The position numbers were made by a program, and so were the translations under genes. Below, one piece after another: positions 51,294-61,952 of a stretch of 64,000 nt of DNA. Where the stretch lies: the NCBI RefSeq assembly GCF_006345805.1, contig NC_043003.1, positions 88,164,001 through 88,228,000 on the forward strand, written 5' to 3'. The notes under the pieces were generated by a model. That model saw only the letters and a list, made by a program, of their open reading frames with translations. It had not been told where the DNA came from and ran no database searches. Origin of the DNA: Octopus sinensis. Lineage: Eukaryota. Positions within the stretch are counted from its first letter, which is position 1, and each line of letters starts with the position of its first letter.

Positions 51294-53303
51294 CCAGGAG
51301 GTGTTTCGCGTTGCAAGACAGTGTGTGAGAGAGAATTGTGATGTGGTAGGAGAGAAGTGTGTTCGCATGGAAGATGGTTCACTTGCGCTAAATGAGGATG
51401 CAAAGAGAGAGGCTTGGAGATGCCACTATGAAAGGTTGCTGAATAAAGAAAATGAATGGGATAAAGAGAGTCTGCCGAATGTTGACCCAACAGAGGGACC
51501 AGCTATCAGGGTTGATAGTTCATTGGTAGTTAAGGCAATTAGAAGCATGAAAACAGGGAAAGCCCCAGGCCCATCAGGTATCACTGCAGAGATGCTCAAA
51601 ATATCTGGTAGTGTCGGCTATAGCCTAGTCACCCGTATAGTTAATCAGGTGATACATGAAGGAGTCATACCCAATGACTGGTGTAGCAGCATAATAGTCA
51701 ACTGCTACAAAGGTAAAGGTGATGCCCTAGATACAAATAATTACAGAGGTATCAAGCTGTTGGATCAGGTGATGAAGGTTACAGAGAGGGTCATAAGCCA
51801 ACTAATAAGAGAGAGAGTTAGTTTAGATGAGATGCAGTTTGGGTTCGTGCCAGGGAAAAGTACCACTGATGCTATATTCCTGGTAAGGCAGCTGCAGGAG
51901 AAATACCTAGCCAAAGATAAGCCCCTGTACCTGGCTTTTGTTGACATGGAGAAAGCCTTCGACAGGGTCCCCCCGATCCCTCATCTGGTGGTCAATGAGG
52001 AAACTAGGGATAGATGAATGGTTAGTGAGAGCTGTGCAAGCCATGTACAGGGATGCTGCTAGTAAGGTGAGGGTTGGCAACGAGTACAGTGAAGAATTCC
52101 GGGTAGAGGTAGGGGTCCACCAAGGCTCAGTCCTCAGCCCCCTCCTATTTATCATAGTCCTCCAGGCAATAACGGAGGAATTCAAGACAGGATGCCCCTG
52201 GGAGCTCCTCTATGCTGATGACCTTGCTCTAATTGCTGAGTCTCTATCAGAACTGGAGGAGAAGTTTCAGGTGTGGAAGTAAGGTTTAGAATCGAAGGGC
52301 CTTAGAGTCAATCTAGCTAAAACCAAAGTCGTAATAAGTAGGAAGGTAGACAAATCACAAACGCCTTCAGGTAGATGGCCCTGCTCGATCTGTAGAAAAG
52401 GTGTAGGTAGAAACTCTACAAGATGCACCAAGTGTAAGCTATGGACACATAAGAGGTGCAGCAATGTCAAAGGAAGGCTAACTAGGAAGATGGAATTTGG
52501 ATGTGGCAGATGCTCGGGAGCATTAACATCTGAAAAACCTGGGACAAGGTGGTGAAGCACGACCTTCAAACTTTAGGTCTCACCAAGGAAATGACTAGAG
52601 ACCGAGACCTATGGAAGTATGCTGTGCGTGAGAAGACCCAGCAAGACCAGTGAGAACAGTTAAAATCAAACCAAATCAACATCAGTGGAAATTGCAGCCG
52701 TGGTTAAGCGAACCATCCGATCGTTTGTCCGTTGCCAGCCTTGCCTGGCCCCCTTGCCGTTGGCACGTAAAAGCACCATCCGCTCGTGTCCGTTGCCAGC
52801 CTGGCCTGGGCCCTGTGCCGGTAGCACGTAAAAGCACCATCCGCTCGTGTCCATTGCCAGCCTCGCCTGGCCCCCGTGCTGGTAGCACATAAAAGCACCA
52901 TCCGTTTGTGTCCGTTGCCAGCCTCGCCTGGCCCCCGTGCCGTTGGCGTGTAAAAGCACTGTCCGCTCGTGTCCGTTGCCAGCCTCGCCTGGCCCCCGTG
53001 CCGGTAGCACGTAAAAGCACCATCCGTTCGTGTCCGTTGCCAGCCTCGCCTGGCCCCCGTGCCAGTGGCACGAAAAGACACCATCCGTTCGTGGCCGTTT
53101 GCCAGCTCTGTCTGGCACCTGTGCAGGTGGCACATAAAAAGCACCCACTACACTCACGGAGTGGTTGGCGTTAGGAAGGGCATCCAGCCGTAGAAACACT
53201 GCCAAATCTGACTGGGCCTGATGAAGCCTTCCAGCTTCACAGACCCCAGTTAAACCGTCCAACCCATGCTAGCATGGAAAACGGACGCTAGATGATGATG
53301 ATG
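51294..53303 (+). mobile_element. Young 5'-truncated RTE LINE (RT, 3' UTR, (GAT)n tail)
   Basis: NYRGIKLLD, QFGFVPGKSTTDAIF, AFVDMEKAFDRVP, GVHQGSVLSPLLF, LYADDL; one frameshift near 51975, stop at 52280, internal deletion near 52545. Confidence 0.93.
52712..53145. repeat. About 7 x 61-bp GC-rich tandem repeat in the RTE 3' UTR
   Basis: accatccg-type anchors at 52712, 52775, 52836, 52897, 52958, 53019 and 53080; no unique spacers. Confidence 0.92.
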
Positions 53304-53817
53304 ATAAGCCATCATTGTACTACAATATATTGAAGTTAACCTTGGCTGTATATAGTCTCCTGCTGACTTAAATTTTTCCTTGTGTATGTGCGTTTGAGTA
53401 GAGTGGTAACTAGGTTGTAGGGTGGGTTATGAGAGAGAGAGAGGTGTTCTGGAGAAATTGTTAGTGATAAAATTTGGGTTATGTTATTGTTTACAATTTG
53501 TTGTATGTAGAACTTTGCAAGTGTGTGTATGTTTAGGTGTGTCCCTTTCAGGTCATGGGATTGTTTTTAGTGGTTCACAAAAAGTAGGTCTAAGATATGC
53601 CAGTCTCTTCCTCTTAAGCCTCTTGATTCCTCAAGGAACATAGCACCACTTTGTGGTTTCTATAACAGGTATGTTTTTTATTAGAGAGTTGTTAGCACAA
53701 TGCTAAACCCCAACCTGGAGGGCTAGTGGAGTACTCTTAAACTGCTCTCTACCCTTTGACCTGTCTGGATTGGGTGGCCCTATAAGGAGACAAATCTCCC
53801 GTCAGCATAGCTCTTAT

Positions 53818-54190
53818 GGAGTGGCTGTGTGGTAAGTAGCTTGCTTACCAACCACATTGTTCTGGGTTCAGCCCCACTTCATGGCACCTTGAGCAAGTAT
53901 CTTCTACTAGAGCCTCAGGCAGACCAAAGCCTTCTCAGTGGGAAGCCCGTCATATATGTATATACATATATGTATGTGTGTGAGTGTGTGTGTTAGCGTG
54001 TCAGTGTTTGTCTCCCCAATGTTGTTTGACAACCAATGCTAGTCTGTTTACATCCCCGTAGCTTAGCAGTGTGCCAAAAGGGATTGATAGAATGAGGAAT
54101 AGGCTTACAAGGAATGAGTCCTCGGGTCTATTTCCTCAACTAAAGGTGGTGCTCTAGCATGGCCACAGTCAACTCAAACAAATCAGAGAA
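53818..54190 (+). mobile_element. tRNA-derived SINE (family A)
   Basis: gtggctgtgtggtaagtagcttgc...ctgggttcagcccc head; tail aaggtggtgctctagcatggccacagtc. Confidence 0.8.
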
Positions 54191-54404
54191 TAAAAGAATA
54201 TATATATATATATATAGTACAAAATTAGAGAAAGGAGAAATATACTTAAATCAGTAAAACATCAACTATCCGATGATACTCAATCCATACTTTAATACAC
54301 CATTACATATGAGTAAAGGCAATACATAAAATGAAATGAGATATACAGTAATAGTAAAAAGATAAAGAGATATAAGTAAAAAATTTTTTTCAAATATAAT
54401 ATGC

Positions 54405-54540
54405 AAATAAATCAAAACTGACAGCTGTTTCGGCAGTGAGGACAGTCATACCTCATTTAACCTATAAGCCATAAAGGCAGGTATAAATGAGGCATTAACA
54501 AGGATGCCCCACGGCCTCTTCAGAGAATTAAATTAAATTT
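54405..54540 (-). ncRNA. Type I hammerhead ribozyme candidate (Penelope-like element terminus)
   Basis: Minus strand CUGAAGA (54523-17), stem II GGCCGUGGGG/CCUCACUGCC, GAAAC-AGCU-GUC cleavage triplet (54422-20); stem I imperfect. Confidence 0.7.
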
Positions 54541-54867
54541 GTTATAATAGTGAAAAATATTATACAATCATATACATATAAATATAAAAATATAAAAAAA
54601 TAAAATATAAAAACTTATACATCATAAAGCTACACTTATATAATATACTACACATTTGTACAAAAAAGGAAAGCAAACAGAACAAAATAAAACAAAATAT
54701 ATAATAGTGTATATATTAATATCAATAAGTACCGATATTATACATATTTGGCTAGTAGTTTTTTATATATAAAAAAAAGGCTAACATATATGGAGATGGA
54801 AAATAATAAATAAATCCGTGGTATAGTTCATAAGATACTAAAGCTATAAAAGTTAATAAAAATTACT

Positions 54868-54931
<64 letters not shown>

Positions 54932-56624
54932 TATAATAAAAAAATAGATACAGTTAAGTTAGCACCAAGTCCATCCTTACAAGATCGAAATATATATATA
55001 TATATATAGTGAGAATTTACAAACAAGATGAAGACGGGTGTGTAAACAACACACAGATGTATTAGTTTAACGCTCGGAAAGTGAAAAAGTCTTTTACGTT
55101 TCGAGCCTATGCTCTTTGACAGAAAGGAACACAATATGTCTATAACCTAGCTGGTATACCCGGTAATTCCTGGAGTTACATATATTTATATATATATATA
55201 TATTATATATATATATATAATATATATATATATATATGTTCTATTGAAATGCCTTATTACTCTGATATATGAAAGCAATTTCATTATAACTGTCACAAAA
55301 GGTTCATTTTCCATGACAAAAGAATACAAAAAACTGTCAGCTAGAGGAGGGAGAGATTACTGGAGGTTTGTGACAGAGGTTGTCGGAGGTTGGCAAGAGG
55401 CAAAGATTTATTCTGCTTAGCGATGGTATCTGAGAAATGTATAACTGCTGTCATTTACAGAAAGACTATTGTTTTACTGAGGAAAGCGCTGTTGAAGTGT
55501 TAAGTGAAATTGATCAATCGAGGATCAAATCCATGCTATGCCTGCATGAAACCACTACAAATACTTAGTGGAACAAAAAATTTATCTACTGCCATGGAGA
55601 AAATGTAACTGTAAAAATGCAGAATTATCGGAGTTATAGGCATTCAAAAAAGTATGTATGTATAGAAATGTATGAATGAAGACTTTAAGGTTTAAGATTC
55701 AAATTAAGGAAGTACAATAATCATGTTTAGCAGTTCAAGACCGTGAGTAGTGAAATGCAGAATTAGGTCGGCTGTTCCCGAAACCAAATATTGATTGCTT
55801 CGCTAAAATCTGCAGGTGGTATGGGTTATTTCCCTTGGGTTGCTTAAATAAAATATTAGTAATATGTAATAGACAGAAGGATCCATTGGAGGACCCTATT
55901 ATCAATTTTTTTCAACAATCTATGTATGTCATGAGGTTTCCAGACATGATACTGTCTGCAAAAATTAAAAATAGGCAACACAGAAAATCTATATTCAAAG
56001 CAATCGAACATAGACAATAAACTTTATAGACAATTTTTATAAGATTTTTAGAGTATATACAGTAATTGGTAGTTATACAAATTATTTAATTTATAGAGTT
56101 TTGAGTATAATTTATTGTAGTTAATTTAAATTATAAATTTTATAGTATATAGTGATTATATTGTCTAATAGTGACTTTGTTCTCTTTATCTATTATAGCT
56201 AAAATATAGTCGTATTTTCCATTGATAATATTAATTCGTAATTTTCATTGATAAAAAATATTCGTAGTTTTCATTGTTAAAAGAATTTTTCCATCTATTT
56301 TATTCGATTTCTGTTAATAACATAATTCCACAAGTTTTCTTCTAAACGCTTAAAAGAGGTTTTCCGTTTTGAAATTTTAGTTAATGACAGGGTTTTTGAA
56401 AGCTAAGTAAACCTTTTCTATTCAAGATTTTTAAAGATATTTTAAGAAGTTTTATTGTATTGTATTGTATACTATATAACTACTGATTGTTAATTTGATT
56501 CTATAATTACTTAGTTGTTCATGATATGTATTTAATTATTAGATTATAACTGTACATAAGATATTACTTAGCCAATGAGATATATAGATCGTAAAATAGT
56601 TATACGGTTCTTTTAATATATATT

Positions 56625-58307
56625 TCATTTCATTTCATTTGAGTTTGAGTCCATGCTCAGGCCAAATCGAAGACTCCACCCTCAGAGTCTGGTGTGGTTG
56701 CCAGGTTGTATTCTCTGTTTAATTTTGACATGTGTAGGAGTGAGTTTGAGTCAGTTTGTGCTCGTTGTGTATATCCTGGGAGATGGGGTTCATCTCTAAT
56801 GGTGCTTAAGTATCTATCCAGCTGCAATTTGAATGATTCCACACTGCATCCTGATAGATTTCTGACATGTACCGGAATGGAGTTGAATAGTTGTGCTCCT
56901 CGAACCAACAGACTTGACTCTCGCAGGGTTTTTGCTGCCTGGCCAGCCTTTTTGTTGATTGGTGGTAGCTGGCAGCGTCTTCCGTGGCGCAGTGAGTGGT
57001 AGGTTTTGATACCAAAGTTTGGCACCTTTTGCTCTATCATTTTCCAAATGTATATAATTCAGTATCGCTCAAATCTTCTTTCTATTGAGTACATCCTCAA
57101 GGTTTTGAGTCTTTGCCAATAGTCCAGGTCTCTCGTTTCTGAGAAGTATGAGGTAAAATTTCTTTGGAGCGATAGTTGGCCCTTTGTTGTTGGTGACCAC
57201 AACTGAGAACAGTAGTCAATCCTCGGAAGTATCATACTGTTCCAGAGGGTTTTCATTGTTGAGGTATCTCTTGATTTGAAGGTGCGCAAGATCCAACCGC
57301 AGTACTTTCTTGCAGTAAGACAGACTGAGTCAAGGTGTTCTCTGAATTTTAGGCTGGTTCCCATGTGTATGCCTAAATCTTTCACATACTGTTTTTCCAT
57401 TATTTGTTGTCCTGATGGGTTTCTGTAGTTTGTTGTATTTTTCAGATCTTGATCTGTTCCGTAGCGAATTAGTTCAAACTTCTTATCATTGAACAACATG
57501 TTGTTTGTTTCCTGCCATTTATATATGGTGGTCAGGTCCTTTTGTAAGGCCTCTATATCCACCTCGTCTTTGATTTGTCTCGTGACCCTGGTGTCATCAG
57601 CAAAGGATGAGACATTGCTGGTTGTATCTTCATCTATGTCAGAGATGAGGATGAGAAACAGGATTGGGCCGAGTACTGTACCCTGAGGAACACTGCTGAT
57701 CACAGGTGATGGTGTTGAATGGGTTCCATTCACAGTGACTGTTTGAGTTCTATTTGTAAGGAACTCATGTATCCATGTACCAACTTTTCCTCCTACTCCT
57801 AGCTTTCGAAGTTTGTGACCCAGGATGCCATGATCTACCTTGTCAAATGCCTTAGCAAAGTCGAGGTAAATAACATCTGTGTCGTATTCATTCTCTAGAT
57901 TTTCTAGGATTTGGTCATGGTGTGCCAGTAGTTGGGAAAGACATGATCTACCTAACCTGAATCCATGCTGGTTGCAATTCATCAGATTGTTGGATTCCAG
58001 AAACTCAACCAGTTTTCCACGAACTATTCTTTCGAAGACCTTGATAATGTGTGATGTCAGTGAGATTGGTCGGTAGTTCTTTGGTTTTGATTTGCTGTCC
58101 CCTTTATGTATTGGAGTTATGTGTGCTTCTTTATATGTATTTGGTATTTTGCCATTCTCCATAGATTCCCTCCATATCATGTAAAGGGGTTTCAACAATT
58201 GTACCTTGCAGTTTTTAAGTATCATGGCATTGAAACCGTCAGGCCCCGCAGCCGAGTGCATGGAGAGCTTGTCTATGGCTCTTTCTATGTCTTCTGGGTT
58301 GAAATCA

Positions 58308-58309
<2 letters not shown>
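56625..58309 (-). mobile_element. 5'-truncated CR1-group LINE (RT)
   Basis: 400-aa ORF 57059-58261 (GPDG, YRPISLTS, IYLDFAKAFDKVDH, VPQGTVLGP, FADD); stop at 57059, C-terminus continues at 56657-57040; (TGAAA)n tail. Confidence 0.92.
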
Positions 58310-58346
<37 letters not shown>

Positions 58347-58352
58347 TGAAAT

Positions 58353-58402
<50 letters not shown>

Positions 58403-58562
58403 TATACATATAATATATATAATATATACATATATACATATATAATATATACATATAATACATATATAATATATATAATATATACATATAATATATATAT
58501 AATATATATATATAATATATATATATAATATATATATAATATAAATATATAATATATATATA

Positions 58563-58603
<41 letters not shown>

Positions 58604-58675
58604 ATATATATATTATATATATATATATATATAATGATGATGATGATATATATATAATATAAATATATATATATA
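58310..58675. repeat. Long imperfect (TA)n microsatellite
   Basis: About 365 nt of ta/taa runs. Confidence 0.95.
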
Positions 58676-58995
58676 AATTTGCCATCAAGATGTAGGACAA
58701 GATACTGTGATAGCCTGGGCTTCCAAGACCCACAGCTCTTCAATATCCTCCCGAATAACCTAAGAGACCTGCATGAGGTGGATGCAGATGTCTTTAAAAT
58801 AAAATTGGATCTCTTCTTGTCAGGTGTCCCAGATGAACCAGCTTCACAGCAGGAGGTGCAGATGAGGGCAGCTGCACTGAACTCTCTCATGCACCAAATG
58901 GCAATTGCTAAAAAGCATTTGTGAAGTAAAATCATGTAGCAACACCAAATGGCGGTGCTCCAGCATGACCACAGCTTGTGAGCTGAAACTAGATA
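58676..58995 (+). mobile_element. CR1-group LINE 3' tip
   Basis: LFNILPNNLRDL...FKIKLDLFLSGVPDEP; same subfamily as 59443-60320. Confidence 0.85.
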
Positions 58996-59066
58996 AAGAT
59001 ATATATATATATAAATATATATTGGAAGGTTTGGAGATGATGTACAGGTATTATATATTATAATGT

Positions 59067-59287
59067 GGTAATCAGAAGATCGGATGGTTCATATTTACAG
59101 ATATTTATTTATATATTACATTTTTTACATATATATATCATATCATTCAGATCATTAGCGCTTTCTCCCATTCTACAGTAGAATGGGAGAAAGCGGTAAT
59201 GATCTGAATGATATGATATATATATGTAAAAAATGTAATATATAAATAAATATCTGTAAATATGAACCATCCGATCTTCTGATTACC
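59067..59287. repeat. Near-perfect 221-nt palindrome (110-nt arms, centre 59177)
   Basis: Position x pairs with 118354-x; one internal mismatch seen (59158/59196). Confidence 0.95.
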
Positions 59288-59323
59288 TCATTTCTTCTAA
59301 TATAAATATATATATATATATAT

Positions 59324-59382
<59 letters not shown>

Positions 59383-59442
59383 TATATAATATATATATAA
59401 TAATAATATATAATATATATATAATAATGATATAATAATAAT

Positions 59443-60320
59443 ATGCAGTTTAATGCTGAAAAATTCCAGGCCCTGAGCTACCAGCATCCAAAACTGAATG
59501 TTAAACTTACAGGGTACACCGGTCCACAGGGAATTTCAATCCCAGAGCCTAAGTCTGTGAGGGACCTGGGTATCGACATAAGTGATGATACCTCTTTCCA
59601 AGTCCACATTACCAGGATGGCGACAAAGTGCAGACGACTGGCTGGATGGATCTTAAGAACATTCAGAACCAGAGATAAGGAAACCATGATGGTCCTCTGG
59701 CGGACATTTGTCCTCAGCCGCCTGGATTACTGCTCACAGCTATGGTCACCCACTAGTGTGAAATTAACAGAGGACCTTGAAGCAATCCAGAGAAGATTCA
59801 CAAAGAAGATCGTCTCTTTGCAACAGCTCAGCCAATAGGAAAGGTTGAAACAGCTAAGACTCTACTCCCTGGAGAGAAGACGGGAGAGGTATGCAATAAT
59901 ATATATCTGGAAGATCCTGGAAGGAATTGTGCCAAATTTTGGCATTGTAAGCTACACCAATGCTAGAATGGGACGACACTGCATAGTGCCAAAGATCCCA
60001 GCAATGCCATCACGCTTCAGGACCAGCTACTGCAACAGCCTGGGTTTCAAGAACCCAAAACTTTTTAATATTCTCCCAAAGAGTCTGAGGAACATGCACA
60101 AAGTAGATGTAGCGGTTTTTAAATCAAAGCTGGACATCTTCCTGTCGAGAGTCCCAGATGAACCTACCTCACAGCCAGAGGTGCAAATGAGGGTAGCTAT
60201 ATCAAACTCCATTCTTCACCAAGTGCCACATATTAGAGGAGGCTCTTAGTAATAACAGTGTAGCACAAAACGGTGGTGCATCAGCATGGCCGCAGCTCTG
60301 AGCTACAACAAATAAAAAAA
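59443..60320 (+). mobile_element. CR1-group LINE 3' fragment
   Basis: MQFNAEKFQ, VRDLGI, SRLDYCSQLWSP, ERRRERYAIIYIWK; one premature stop at 59836-38. Confidence 0.9.
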
Positions 60321-60331
60321 AATATATATAT

Positions 60332-60555
60332 GGAGGCGCAATGGCCCAGTGGTTAGGGCAGCGGACTTGCGGTCGGAGGATCGCGGTTTCGATTCCCAGA
60401 CCGGACGTTGTGTGTGTTTATTGAGCGAAAACACCTAAAAGCTCCACGAGGCTCCGGCAGGGGATGGTGGTGATCCCTGCTGTACTCTTTCACCACTCTA
60501 AAGGCGGTGCTCCAGCATGGCCGCAGTCAAATGACTGAAACAAGTACAAAAAAAA
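60332..60555 (+). mobile_element. Young tRNA-derived SINE (family C) with internal deletion
   Basis: A box TGGCCCAGTGGT (60342), B box GGTTTCGATTCC (60385); tail ggcggtgctccagcatggccgcagtcaaatgactgaaac. Confidence 0.85.
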
Positions 60556-60569
60556 AAAATATATATATA

Positions 60570-61870
60570 AGCCAGTATGCTCCAATGGATGTGTAATGTT
60601 GCTCGATCTGTAGAAAAGGTGTAGGTGGCAGATGCTCAGGAGAAATAAACACTGAAAATGTGCAGAGACCAACGTCTACCATGTTCCAGGGAGAAAAACT
60701 AGAAGTAGTTGATAGCTTCCGCTACCTAGGTGACCAAGTCAGTAGCGGGGGTGGGTGTGCTGAAAGTGTAACTGCTAGAGTAAGAATAGCCTGGGCAAAG
60801 TTTAGAGAGCTCTTACCCCTGCTGGTGACAAAAGGCCTCTCGCTCAGAGTAAAAGGCAGACTGTATGATGCATGTGTACGTACAGCCGTGCTACATGGTT
60901 GTGAAACATGGGCTGTGACTGCTGAGGATATGCGTAAGCTCGCAAGAAATGAAGCCAGTATGCTCCGATGGATGTGTAATGTCAGTGTTCATAATCGACA
61001 GAGTGTAAGTACCTTGAGAGAAAAGTTGAACCTAAGAAGCATCAGTTGTGGTGTGCAAGAGAGACAGCTGTGCTGGTATGGTCATGTGACGAGAATGGCT
61101 GAAGATAGTTGTGTGCAAAAGTGCTACACCCTAGCAGTTGAGGGAACCTGTGGAAGAGGTAGACCCAGGAAAACCTGGGACGAGGTGATGAAGCACGACC
61201 TTTGAACTTTAGGTCTCATCAAGAAAATGACTAGAGACCGAGACCTATGGAAGTATGCTGTGCGTGAGAAGACTCGGCAAGACTAGTGAGGCCATAACCC
61301 GTGGCCCCTAACTGGGACGTAGTCAGTCCACCTGTGCATACCTTCCTTCTTGTGACACTTGTGAAGACCTGTTGAGGCAAGTGAAAATCAAACCAAATCA
61401 AATAGATGAACATCAATGGAATTTGTATCTTTGTGGTACCAGTGCCGGTGGCACATAAGAAAACCATCCGAACGTGGCCGTAGCCAGTACCGCATCGACT
61501 GGCCTCCGTGCTGTGGGCACGTAACAAACACCATCAGATCGTGGCCGTTCACCAGCCTCGTCTGGCACCTGTGTCGGTGGCACATAAAAAACACCATCCG
61601 AGCCTGGCCGTCTGCCAGCCTCGTCTGGCACCTAAAAAACACCATCCGAGCGTGGCCGTTAGCCAGCCTCGTCTGGCACCTGTGTCGGTGGCACATAAAA
61701 TCACCCACTACACTCTCGGAGTGGTTGGCGTTAGGAAGGGCATCCAGCTGTAGAAACACTGCCAGATCTGACTGGCCTGGTGCAGCCTTCGGGCTCCCCA
61801 GACCCCAGTTGAACCGTCCAACCCATGCTAGCATGGAAAGCGGACGTTAAACAATGATGATGATGATGAT
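60570..61870 (+). mobile_element. RTE LINE 3' fragment with tandem-unit UTR and (GAT)n tail
   Basis: VDSFRYLG, RVRIAWAKFRELLPLL, LHGCETW, WYGHVTRM, GRGRPRKTW. Confidence 0.9.
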
Positions 61871-61902
61871 GATAATATATATATATAATATATATATATA
61901 AT

Positions 61903-61934
<32 letters not shown>

Positions 61935-61952
61935 ATATATAATATATATATA

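Noticed and set aside
52730-52780. HDV-like ribozyme in the 61-bp unit (GCCAGCCUCGCCUGGC resembles P3/L3)
   Set aside because: No P1 partner, P1.1 or P2 pairing could be built
52666-53262. CRISPR-like array, or repeat-protein ORFs of 129-198 aa
   Set aside because: Units are contiguous with no unique spacers, there are no cas genes, and the array lies in an RTE 3' UTR. ORFs open in several frames are a by-product of the GC-rich repeat
58285-58935. Ile/Tyr-rich ORFs (also 43240-43596, 33154-33407, 59173-59487)
   Set aside because: Translations of (TA)n and (AAT)n microsatellites
60332-60405. tRNA gene
   Set aside because: A and B boxes are present but no full cloverleaf closes, and the sequence continues into SINE body and tail
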